DNA of 64,000 nucleotides from positions 62,001-126,000 of the forward strand of contig OZ025745.1 in the NCBI GenBank assembly GCA_964019335.1. The letters run 5' to 3'. Under the pieces are notes generated by a model that saw nothing but the letters and a program-made list of their open reading frames with translations, was not told where the DNA came from and searched no databases. The stretch comes from Diplonema japonicum (lineage: Eukaryota > Protista > Euglenozoa: Diplonemea). A program made the position numbers and the translations under genes. Shown here one piece after another: positions 46,601 to 55,127 of the stretch (positions are counted from its first letter, which is position 1; every line of letters begins with the position of its first letter).

Positions 46601-47817
46601 TCGTGACGGACGTCTTTGGGAACGACCCGACGAAGGTGGTGTTCGGTTTCTGCATCAGCGGGTGTGGGGGTACCTCGTCCAACAGCAACGCTCAGCAGGC
46701 TGTCAGCGTGATGAACGAGCTGAAGCAGGCGTACCCCTGCAATGGTGGGGCCTTCTTCTGGAACACCGCCCACGACATGATGGGATCCTGGTCTCGTCCT
46801 ATCTCAGGTTCCATCAGCCCCTTGAGGGGGTGCAGTGTAGGTGGGCTTCCCCTCCCTCCTCGCGTCCCTCCGCAGGCCCCAGCCGTGGACAGCAGGCTCA
46901 TCGCCTTCGTCGCGAACTGGCTGGCGTGTCCGACTGACACACAGATGGAGGCCTACACACACATCTTGGTTTCTTTCGCGGTGACATACACTTGGGGCTC
47001 CCGGGAGAACCAGTGCAACGAGCAGTGCGACATCCTGACACCCGTTGCGGTGTGCGGGAATGCCCCACAGGCGGAGCTCGTGGCGAAGTGGAAAGCTGCC
47101 GGGAAGAAGGTGATCCTCTCCTTCGGCGGGGCAGGAATGGGGGGCTCGTGGGATGGGTTAAACAACTGCTGGGAGCACTGTTTCGGGAAGGAGGAACACC
47201 TAACGCAGCAGCTGGCGGACATAGCGAGAACGCAGGGCTTCGACGGGATTGACATGGACTACCTATACTACTACGAGGACGGGCAGCGTGGCTCGTCGTT
47301 CGCGAAGGGGGGACAGGCACAAACCTTCCTGAAGGAGACGACCCTGAAGCTGAGGGAGAAGCTCCCCGCAGGAAGCCTCGTGACCCACTCCTCCGCGGAC
47401 AGCGACCTCGTGCACGGCACAGGCTACTTTGAGGTGATGCGAGGGGTGGCCGACTCTGTGGACTTTATCATGCCGCAGTACTACAACGGAGTGACGCGCC
47501 CCAACACGGACGGGATCAACGGCGGTGTCTTCACTTCTGCCCTGGCGCACCTTAGGACCCTCGTGACGGACGTCTTTGGGAACGACCCGACGAAGGTGGT
47601 GTTCGGTTTCTGCATCAGCGGGTGTGGGGGTACCTCGTCCAACAGCAACGCGCAGCAGGCTGTCAGCGTGATGAACGAGCTGAAGCAGGCGTACCCCTGC
47701 AATGGTGGGGCCTTCTTCTGGAACACCGCCCACGACATGATGGGATCCTGGTCTCGTTCCGTGGCGGAGGCCATCAGCCCCTCGAGGGGGTGCAAGGTGC
47801 CAGCGCAAGGGAATTAG
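40660..47817 (+). CDS. Giant secreted modular protein (2385 aa) with two C-terminal GH18 chitinase-like domains lacking the catalytic Glu
   Basis: Signal peptide, Pro-Thr linker, Cys-rich motif, long beta-rich region, amphipathic helical region and HYR-like repeats. Two domains carry [23 protein letters not shown] and GGAFFW. Confidence 0.88.
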   Translation: MRSLPTVLLTFGAVALFVGAQDTAPSTTSTSEPLTVTSLATSLADTVDAFRGAVVDTLADKAEEVLEALGVQEAIEAVTGALDQLNTLKDKAVEAADGLMEFFEDTTTVETFLADIPDLANSLKPYIRTFSGQCNSSTASANRAAMLLEAQQNHQKRRMVKPLEDCCAIGYLCASKANANFGCPLLTVTIGFGVAYEGLRVGNFVFTPSVGLGWSIGLEAVPGGRAKLFTGLGLGWGAGINYEKQTASTPVPTPVPTPVPTPIPTPAPVPTPVPTPVPTPIPTPVPTPVPTPVPTPVPTPVPTPVPTPVPTPVPTPAPTPVPTPEPDTELSVLTPRAVETDGCTSDNDCGLDEECENGVCVRETSVGHRGNVLSVEGKRNGKVLAFRGRTKKRARAGEKTNEKGFFANTLFEVSLSVEWFASAGAFSGFAFEVGIDMPAIISSTVGIDGITIVFTHPHWRCVEVISASTWWENVLFGGFGVSLKSWGKHIFKKKNRDAIREMDFALDGLAGNIRDAIKELPSSWLSQKRSSITDAEGNKWTGIGFSLGMAVTLEDTNEGASVAYDPAACPMDSTASADMKARTYTTTSSMNTTTTKHSTRGLLDASSDLGDFLELIKPIVQKGEVTMPFCLGNCAAPTPTTTVSGTGRIGQAPACDGVEASVWVDELTVANVAYLVTSNFDEGVAQVLDTALSPILSFGIQDTKLALSMTTSGVKLYAIGSPKLPDVLEGDFLEVVADVVDNFRVSASAELQFSGSALLELRIGTDPDTSESNFAVVNVEGTLGMSIYVQYEYVFSGGLPLTKLGVNIPLKICVERCDGTYADRYFLFLIGDLSLVVSPTAQLVRGSLKLDGWWNNALGLPFLQIGDIILGVEWDLKSPLPSGFVLGGAVCLGKEQNCETRTQPYIEGRTYVGVSSTVPEDNFFIAMVSELTIGGIIGVLSDFVPGLDGLAIPGKLAESGIYPFDRDYKTKCAGLLGGYASETTLDLECFAFFSFSPIKEQRLTFRSGDVVIPAGVALQGRLNFLGWEIAIDLAVSKTRFYIDAWMDPVDLRIGAFQLRIGNRLENKVAVGGAKFLVDLRVAPSPSALIDIGGAFDIPMLKSYGYLNVTLNADIFSFRAGISLFDGALSSHVSVTWNWDLTYFRMELRDMNFLEIVKIRQVLFMYDTNRPIPYAIFSCDIQVLFINLRARVEVNGNVIDFAVTLDLALVETTVSGRAVVASSFEDSEFDIAVSVSLGDLGQKIVDGINVAVKAVAKAVTEAWNYVSEKVTQLWNNIVNIFETTLNYIKEKVTEFLNNVAEVIRNVVEVLKKVPILGDLIRAAERLFQGDFEGAAKAFGSAIGIFYTEGQTVVDAGGRNEYGCKYVQERWVECWCHLFCFFGRTCHTKYGPRYADPQCMEEVALAAGEVKTKSDEMSQKTKVVDGSKGENPGLQNVDSGMEVPMPSLETTTVMVPFGTDASAASGSGFRGGVRTYGGKGTGGGLSSSEEMVTLDDVPYDFSSQASYDASVENTQNRMASKMADKALENQALLTNDISTEAGKVVRRRPVLGGATSYTFRCDQEINLESLKPLPWFIDPSCTAGAQVKLLNQRILPVAGFPNRMCGSSFMEVTWRLHDNPVCGGISDTVAQIVTLEPAPPAFVSSSFPADVRVNTEQTTDPMDLGVAEGVSPCRQEFDILYVDSDPVPVAGSNGKEWTVSRVWSIVPFFKKSVCSGARASGSNRTQTITVVDETTPAPPTQQPTTETPESAAPMVNNDDSRLIASVANWLACPTEVQMETYTHVVVSFAVTYTWGPTKNQCNEQCDILTPVAVCGNAPQAELVAKWKAAGKKVILSFGGAGMGGSWDGLNNCWEHCFGKEEHLTQQLADIARTQGFDGIDMDYLYYYEDGQRGSSFAKGGQAQTFLKETTLKLREKLPAGSLVTHSSADSDLVHGTGYFEVMRGVADSVDFIMPQYYNGVTRPNTDGINGGVFTSALAHLRTLVTDVFGNDPTKVVFGFCISGCGGTSSNSNAQQAVSVMNELKQAYPCNGGAFFWNTAHDMMGSWSRPISGSISPLRGCSVGGLPLPPRVPPQAPAVDSRLIAFVANWLACPTDTQMEAYTHILVSFAVTYTWGSRENQCNEQCDILTPVAVCGNAPQAELVAKWKAAGKKVILSFGGAGMGGSWDGLNNCWEHCFGKEEHLTQQLADIARTQGFDGIDMDYLYYYEDGQRGSSFAKGGQAQTFLKETTLKLREKLPAGSLVTHSSADSDLVHGTGYFEVMRGVADSVDFIMPQYYNGVTRPNTDGINGGVFTSALAHLRTLVTDVFGNDPTKVVFGFCISGCGGTSSNSNAQQAVSVMNELKQAYPCNGGAFFWNTAHDMMGSWSRSVAEAISPSRGCKVPAQGN
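41402..41633 (+). repeat. 12-bp coding tandem repeat encoding a (PTPV)n linker
   Basis: Repeated cctgttcccaca/cctgttcctact/ccagttcccaca units. Confidence 0.95.
45928..47795 (+). repeat. Tandem duplication of the GH18 domain, period 960 bp
   Basis: Copies start at 45928 and 46888. About 750 bp of the copies differ at one synonymous site that I could see. Confidence 0.95.
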
Positions 47818-49801
47818 TTTTCGAGACCAAAGTTAATACGTGACGAAAGGGAGAAACAACGGAAAGAAAAAAAAGAACCACAAACTCGCACAAGAAAGAA
47901 CGCAACAATGAAAATAAGCCGCATTCTTTTTTTTCTTTCTCGTCGTTGTTTTGCTAGGCCACAGGAAGGTGGCGCTTTGATGCCCCAAATCTCTAAAACC
48001 CGTCTGGTCAATCCTGGACTTGCTGCAAAGGGGCAACTACTTTAGAGATTTGAGGCGTGATTTCTTTCGACAATTTTGGCTCCTTCTGCAAAAAAGCTTC
48101 AGATTAAGATAAACGTCTCAAGCAACAAGACTTGGTGTTTTTTTTTTTTCCTTCTTCTTCTTCAACATCTTCCTAGAAAAAGAAAGAAAAAAAGAAAAAA
48201 ATGCTGATATAGTTTTGTTTGCATGTTGTTTGCTTCTTAATTTTTCTTCTACCTTTTTTTATTTTCTTTTATTTCTTTGGTTCCTTTTCCTCCTTGTTTG
48301 TTTCTTTTTTAAGCTCCTCTCGAAAAGGAAAAATAATACGAAGCAAAAAACTTGTTTCCCCCTTTTCTATATCCCTTATAAACTTGAACGCCTCATGTTC
48401 TGACTCCCGGTTCTCTCCTTTGTCGCTGCTATTATAAAGAAATTACAAAAAAAAAGTTAAAAAAATAAGAATGAAAAAAGAGGACAAGGAGTAAAAGAAG
48501 GAAGGAAGATATCTCGGTAGACTTTCATCAGTCCCGTGATATCCTCTAACCTATTGACTTTTCTCCCCTCACCTCATTTTTACTTTTGTTAGTGACTCTT
48601 TCTCAGTGGCGAGTACCTCTTTCTCCCCCCACCCTTTTTGTCTTAACAATGTCCATTTGTGTTTTTGTTTTTTTACTATTTTCTAATGTGCGAACACAAA
48701 TTTCTTAAGACAGTCAAGACAGAGAAATGCGTCCGTAACTCGGACCCACACAGGTTGCAGGAACACCTTTTTTTTTGTTTCCTTTACATACCAACCTACA
48801 CTCTACACACCTCTAACTATGTCTTGGTCGCTCTTCCCTGTTTGTTTCTCTTTTCCTTCCATTATCCCGTTATGAGGGTTTTTCTATGAAAAAAGGTAAT
48901 TTTGTTTTCCTTATTGTGTTTAGCTGTTGCCCTTTTTTGTTGGGGAAAAAAAAAAAAAAAGGGTACTGTTTAGCACGAAGGACGTTCGCCTTTCTTCGGA
49001 TCACACCCCTCCTTCTCTTTCTTCACCTCTCCTTTCTTCACCTTTCTTTACTTTTGCCTCTCCTTTCTTCACCCCTTTCTTTACTTTTGCCTCTCCTTTC
49101 TCCACGTTCTATTTTTTTTCTTTCTGAAAAAAAAAAACAAAAAAAAAAAGAACACAGGTCGACCGTTTCTTTTTCACATGCTTACTCGATGACGATGCAC
49201 CGGAACCACGAGCAGACGACCCCAAGCCCAAGACTATCAATTGGGGCCTGACAGGACCAGGGAGGGGATTTCGCGGTCGAGAAGGCTGCCGTGGCGTAGG
49301 CTGATAAAGTGCTTGTTTACAGCGATGCGGTGGTCGTAGGACACCAACCGTGCTCACCACGTGCTCTTCAGCTCTGCAGCCTTCAAGACAAGCACACGGG
49401 GAAAAATAAAAAAACAAAGCAAGAAGAGTGTGGGGGGGGGGGGGGGGGAAAGAACGAAACTAAAATAACTTGAATGGAAAGAAAGAGATAAGATGAAGAG
49501 GTGAACGATATGACAGTGTTAGTGAAGACAGGAGGCGGGGTTCACGATGTGGAAGTGTCGGGTGGGGAGCCTGTACAAGAAGGCGAGGTGTACTGGTTTA
49601 CTCGAAGGCAGGTTTCATGCATGCTCAAGCTGGTTTGGGAACGGCGGTGAAGAGCTCCATCACAACCATCACCACAATCATCAACAGCAGATCCAGACCA
49701 GTGTAACTAACTTGGCAAAACAACAGCTCCTGGAGACATCTAAGCAGTTGACATGACAAAGGACTGCTGAACCGACACAGAAGCCTGAAGCAACAGTCCT
49801 G

Positions 49802-50165
49802 ACTCATCCCAACTATCACAACTGCTTCACCACCGGCATCCCAGGGGAGGCAAAGGGGTGGGTGAGGGAGGTGGCCGCCGCCGCAGGGCTCAAGGTGGTC
49901 CCCAACCAGGTACTTGTGAATAAGTACAGACCTGGTTGTGGGATTGCCGCCCACAAGGACGACGCAAGACTGGGACCGGTCGTCCTAGTCTTGTCGTACG
50001 GGGCTGAGACCACAATGGTCATGAGGAAGGGGGACAGGGTAGCGAGGTACCTGGTGCCCCCCTTCTCATGGGCACTGTTGGAAGGCGAAGCGACCAGTGG
50101 ACACACCACATCCCGTCAGGGGTGTCCACTGGTGTCAGGGTGTCGATCACCCTGCGTGCGGTTGG
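49802..50165 (+). pseudogene. AlkB-family 2OG-Fe(II) dioxygenase domain, 5'-truncated and frameshifted
   Basis: PNQVLVNKYRPGCGIAAHKD...VLVLSYG...ALLEGEA in one frame continues after a shift at about 50090-50094 as DQWTHHI...RVSITLR, completing HxD...H...RxSxTxR. Confidence 0.8.
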
Positions 50166-50240
50166 CCCCGAGCTCACCCACATACCCCCCCAGGAAGACC
50201 CACCCCCTGGGCTAGCAAATGAACCCCCCCCCTTTTTTTT

Positions 50241-50650
50241 AGAACCCTCCACGGAGGTAAAAAACAGACCCTCTTCGGAGGAAAATGGAGAGAGAGGGGA
50301 AGAGGCAGCGCTCCCAAAAGAGGGTAGTGTTCCTCCCCCCCACTTGTCCCCCCCTTTTTCATTTTTAGAGCCCTCTTTGGAGGAACCCTCCACGGAAAAC
50401 AGACCCTCTTCGGAGGAAAATAGAGAGAGAGGGGAAGAGGTGGCGCCCCCGAGAGAGGGTAGTGTTCCTCCCCCCCATTTGTCCCCCCCTTTTTCATTTT
50501 TAGAGCCCTCCCCAGAGGGACCCTCCACGGAGGTGAAAAACAGACCCTCTTCGGAGGAAAAAAAGGCAGAGGGAGAGACAGCACGCCCGAGAGAAGGTAG
50601 TGCTCCTCCCTCTCTGCCCCCCATTTTTTCTGGACCCTCTACGGAGGTGT
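50241..50650 (+). repeat. Imperfect tandem repeat of about 115-140 bp, three copies plus a partial
   Basis: accctccacgga...cagaccctcttcggaggaaaa...ggtagtgttcctcccccc recurs at about 50241, 50382 and 50518; only the start of the unit recurs at 50632. Confidence 0.85.
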
Positions 50651-50788
50651 ACACCCTGGTCCCCAAGGGCCGGGGGCTTTTTTTGAGGGTGGAAGGGAAA
50701 GAAAAAAAAAAAAACAAACAAGGAGGAACCTTTTTTCTTTTCAAACAACCAGGGGGACCCAGCACCCGCCCCCACCGCCTGCCAAGGT

Positions 50789-51784
50789 GTGGTTGGGGCG
50801 GAGGCTGCGAGCGACGTGAGAGCACCCCTGCACACCCTTGTGAGAAGACAGAAAAGAGCCCCCTGGATTGCCATGGGTGGCAGGGAACCTAAGCCAGCGC
50901 CCAAGAGGAAGAAGAACAGGAGGAGGCACAGGAGCGAAACGGCCCTTCAGAGGCGTCGGGAGAAGAGGACCAAGGCGAGGGAGGGGGCGAGGGAGGCTGC
51001 CAGACAGGAGAAGAAAAGGCACCGTCGTGCGAGGAAAGAAGGGAGGAGGAGGGCCCGCAGAGAGGAACACGAGGCCGCCCTGGAACAGAAGCCAGATGAC
51101 CCTGCAATGGGGCTGAAGCTGACCGAGGTGGGAACGCCTGGAGCCCAACCCCTGGCACCCAGAATCCCGGCACCTGGGGCTGCAACCGGTGCAAGGAGGC
51201 ACCGCAGACGGACGGGACACAGCAAGGAAGGGATGAGATGGGAGCACCTGGGGGTGTGGGCCTGGGTCGCCCTGTTCTCCCTCTTGCTGATCCCAGGGGT
51301 GAGGCAGGTGCTGGGGGCGGGCATCAGGATGGCCCCCTCCTTCCTGCATGCTGCAGTGTTGTGGAAGAGGCCGGGGAGCGACAGGAGGACCACCCGCAGG
51401 TCAAGGGTACAGGTGGGGCCCCGAGGGGATGAATGGTCCGCCGGGGAGCTCGCTTGGCTAGCGGTAGGGGGCACCCTGGTGGGAAGCACTTCAGTTTGGA
51501 TAGGGGGGCTGATGTCGCTCTGGGCCATGTCGGAAGTGATGGTGGGGAAAGCTGGTGCTGGCCCGACCCAGAGATTCGGACCGGTAAAGCTGAAGAAGAC
51601 AAGACGCGGATCGAGAGGTCACTACCTGCCGGTGTACTTGGGCCCGCCTAGAAGCTCAAGACGCAGAAAAAAGAAGGAGGACGCCAAGCAAGCGGCGAAG
51701 GAACGAGCTGAGACGGAGGATAAGCTCTTTCAGGCCGAACACCTGGACCCCTTTGCGGATTTGACGCTGGCTATTTTCTCTTAA
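50789..51784 (+). other. GC-rich Arg/Lys-rich ORF, probably part of a mobile element
   Basis: 331-codon frame with a basic tract and two hydrophobic stretches, followed by poly(A) at about 51815-51837. No known domain recognised. Confidence 0.3.
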
Positions 51785-51840
51785 GATTTATCGTGCCTTG
51801 TGTGTCTTTTGAAGAAAAAAAAAAAAAAAAAAAAAAACAT

Positions 51841-52092
51841 TCTCAAGTCCCCCTTTTTATTTATTTTCTCAAGTCCCCCTTTTTATTTATTTTCTCAAGT
51901 CCCCCTTTTTATTTATTTTCTCAAGTCCCCCTTTTTATTTATTTTCTCAAGTCCCCCTTTTTATTTATTTTCTCAAGTCCCCCTTTTTATTTATTTTCTC
52001 AAGTCCCCCTTTTTATTTATTTTCTCAAGTCCCCCTTTTTATTTATTTTCTCAAGTCCCCCTTTTTATTTATTTTCTCAAGTCCCCCTTTTT
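51841..52092. repeat. Perfect 26-bp minisatellite (tctcaagtccccctttttatttattt), 9 full copies plus 1 partial
   Basis: Unit starts at 51841, 51867, 51893 ... 52075 with no spacers. Confidence 0.97.
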
Positions 52093-52581
52093 AAAAAAAA
52101 ATATTTAAGTGAAAAGAGGAGTAGAAGACGATCCGGTGGGGGGCATGGGAACCATAAACCGTGTCTTCCATCGCGATCGGCAAGGCGGGGGCTTTTCCGT
52201 CCCATGGGTGAAAAGAGGCGGATAAAACCACTATTCCGGACCCCCCCCAACACTGAGCATGCACTTTTTCCCCCATACATACCTCTCTTGTTTATCAAAA
52301 TATCACCAATTTTACGGCGGACGCCAAGAAAAAAAAAGCCAAGGAGAAGGAGTTTAGGGAAATAACAAAAGACCTACGGCCCCAAGGAAGGCGGTGAAAA
52401 CAGCCATGGTGGGCCAGCCCTGGCAGACAGGGAGCCTGAACACCAAGAACACCGCGGAGCCAAATTTGCATCCGGAATTTTCGGTTTTCAAACTTACAAA
52501 AACCCCCTGTAGGCATCTGCGTCCGTCCAGCCCCATTTTGGCACCCCTTTTGGGTGCGGAAAAAAAGGTTGAACTCGCTGA

Positions 52582-54810
52582 AGGTTGAACTCGCTGAAGG
52601 TTCACAAAGCAGGGGCTTGGCTGACGGCGATCACGGGCTTGAATAACGAACTAAAGAACGATGAGTTCAGGACGCTGACCAGCTGGCTCCTTGGCACCGC
52701 AGTCGGGTCCGAGGGGAAGTGCCCGATGTGCGGTGAGGACAACGACGCACTAGGCGACCATGCCATGGTTTGCAAGAGAGGTGCGGTCATGACGAAGAGG
52801 CACGACAGGGTGAGGGACATGTTGGTGAAGCACTGCTACAGCGGCGGGTTGCAAGCGGTGAAGGAGCAACAAGGCCTCCTGGGTGACGGGAGGAAGCCTG
52901 CTGACGTTTACCTCCCGATGGGGGTGGAAGGCGAGGGCCCTCTGGCCATCGACGTGACGGTGGTCCACCCGTGTGCGAGCGCCCACCTGGCGGCGGCAAT
53001 GGCGGTTCCGGGGGCGGCTGCGGAGAAACAGGCGGAGTCGAAGCGGGCGAAGTACGCGAGCGACTGCGAGAGAGCCCGGATACGGTTCACCCCCTGTGCT
53101 CTGGAGACGTTTGGCGGGTTCGGGACCGACGCCAGGAGGGTGCTGAAGAGGATCGCGGCGGAGGTGGCGAAGAAGAGGCAGCGGGACGCGACGGAGGTCT
53201 ATAGGACCATGACAGAGGAACTGAGCGTAGCCCTCATGAGAGAGGTGGCAGTGGAGACGAGGAGGAGGCACCCGATCAAAGAGACACAAGCACCGCCCGA
53301 CCCACCCCCGGCCCAAGACATCCCCCCCGATGGCCCAGGAGACGAGGAAGCCCAGGCAGCGGGCGCCCCCCCACCCTCGACGGAGGACGCGTCAGGCACG
53401 ACAAAACCGAATCAGCCGACATGCCCGCTGGAGAGGAGGAAGTGTGCACGACGCAGGATGGCCCCAGCGCGATGGAGGAGGACCCGGCAGAGGACATGCC
53501 AGAGGAGCAGGCGTTGCAGACAGGCCCTCTCTCATTGCAGGGGGAGGACTTCGGCTTGATGGAGGTGGAAAGCGAGGACGGGCTGGAGGGCGGTGCTCCG
53601 CAGGCGGACATCCCCGCCGCCCCCCCGGTCGTCGGAGGGACGGACTTGGCCCCCGCGGGGGAGGGGGGGACCCCTGACGCGACGGAGGTGAGGGAGCCCT
53701 GGGAGGCAGTGCCGCTACCAGACGTCTCCAGCCCCGACGCGATGGAGGATGATACGGCAGGGAGCTCGCTCGCAGAAGGGTGGGTCCCGCAGGCAGGCCC
53801 CGCTGCCCCGCGGGTGGACATCTCAGGTTCTAAAGAAAACGAAACAGCCGACTTGTCCATGGGGGAGGGAAGTCCTCAGGAGGAGGAGCCCGGCTTGATG
53901 GAGGAGGACACGGAAGAGAGCGGGGATGGGCAGGGCGGAGGGACGTCGCTGGGATACACCTCCACCCCGGCGGAGGAGGTGGGCCCGACCGACATGTCCG
54001 TGGAGGAGGAGGAGGAGAAGAGTGATTCGATAGAGGGTGGGGAACCCATGGAGGGGACGTCTCAGTCGGACGCCTCCGACTCCTCCTCGGAGGGCAACAC
54101 TGGCACAGAAAACACCATCCAAGCCGCATTGCCTGAAGGAATGGAGGAGGAGGACGCGCAGGGAACGGACCGGATGGAGGTTGAGGGGGGCCTGACTCCG
54201 CCGCAGGCATCAGAGGGGAACACTGGCACAGAAAACACCATCCAAGCCGTATTGCCCGAAGGAATGGAGGAGGAGGGCTCGCAGGGGACGGTCCAGACGG
54301 AGGTTGAGGGGGGCCTAACCCCGCCACAGGCATCAGAGGGGGATGAGCCTATGGGGCCACTCCTGCTCGAGGGACGGGCTGAGGTAAGTGGAGAACCGAG
54401 CAACCACCAGTTTCCCCTCTCTCCGTCCCCCTCGGGAAGGGAGGACGACCAGATGTCGTGGCAGGGGCCGCAGGAAGGGGAGGGGGGGCCCTCACCGTCA
54501 TCTTCGGTGGAGGAAGTCCTCTCGTCCGCCCCAGAGTCCAGCAGCGAAGGCCCCGGGGTCGGAGAAGGGGACGCAGAGTTGCAGAGCGCCGGAGGGGAGG
54601 GAGGTTCGGAGTCACCCGGGTCGGCCAGCCCGATGAGGGAGGACGAAGGGAGCCCCGATCTGGAAGCGGCAGAAGCCGGAGGCCCGCCAGCGGCGGTGAG
54701 CCAGGAGGTGGGGCGGACCGGGCTGGGCGCGTTCTCTAGGGAGCAGATCATGGCGATCCTGGAGGCGGATGTCTTCTCCCCTGTACCCGCGGGAGAAAGC
54801 GGCCTGGGGA
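52582..54810 (+). mobile_element. 5'-truncated CRE/SLACS-clade non-LTR retrotransposon remnant (CCHC finger + restriction-like endonuclease, no RT) with acidic tail
   Basis: AGAWLTA, L.NDEFR, CPMCG...DHAMVC, RHDRVRD, RKPADVYL, AIDVTV, K..KY and ETFGGFG form the classic RLE signature. A frameshift near 53400 leads into a Glu/Pro/Gly-rich frame. Confidence 0.85.
54087..54342 (+). repeat. 123-bp (41-aa) internal tandem duplication in the acidic tail
   Basis: SEGNTGTENTIQA.LPEGMEEE..QGT...EVEGGLTPPQA occurs twice, at 54087 and 54210. Confidence 0.9.
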
Positions 54811-54910
54811 CCCGCAAACCCGCAAACCCGCAAACCCGCAAACCCGCAAACCCGCAAACCCGCAAACCCGCAAACCCGCAAACCCGCAAACCCGCAAACC
54901 CGCAAACCCG
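54811..54910. repeat. (CCCGCAAA)n 8-bp satellite, at least 12.5 copies, truncated by the gap
   Basis: Perfect 8-mer array read directly from the sequence. Confidence 0.97.
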
Positions 54911-55110
54911 NNNNNNNNNNNNNNNNNNNNNNNNNNNNNNNNNNNNNNNNNNNNNNNNNNNNNNNNNNNNNNNNNNNNNNNNNNNNNNNNNNNNNNNNNN
55001 NNNNNNNNNNNNNNNNNNNNNNNNNNNNNNNNNNNNNNNNNNNNNNNNNNNNNNNNNNNNNNNNNNNNNNNNNNNNNNNNNNNNNNNNNNNNNNNNNNNN
55101 NNNNNNNNNN
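54911..55110. other. Assembly gap (200 N), coinciding with the switch in coding strand
   Basis: Run of N. Confidence 1.
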
Positions 55111-55127
55111 AAAAAAAAAAGAGAGAG

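Noticed and set aside
40588-47808. Long antisense and alternative-frame ORFs over the GH18 gene and other CDSs
   Set aside because: They are shadows of GC-rich codon usage and carry no independent motifs.
51841-52092. 26-bp repeat array as a CRISPR array
   Set aside because: Units are head-to-tail with no spacers, there are no cas genes, and the context is eukaryotic.
54811-54910. True chromosome end (telomere)
   Set aside because: The C-rich strand is on + at the right end of the contig (wrong polarity) and genes follow the gap. Kept only as a telomere-like satellite.
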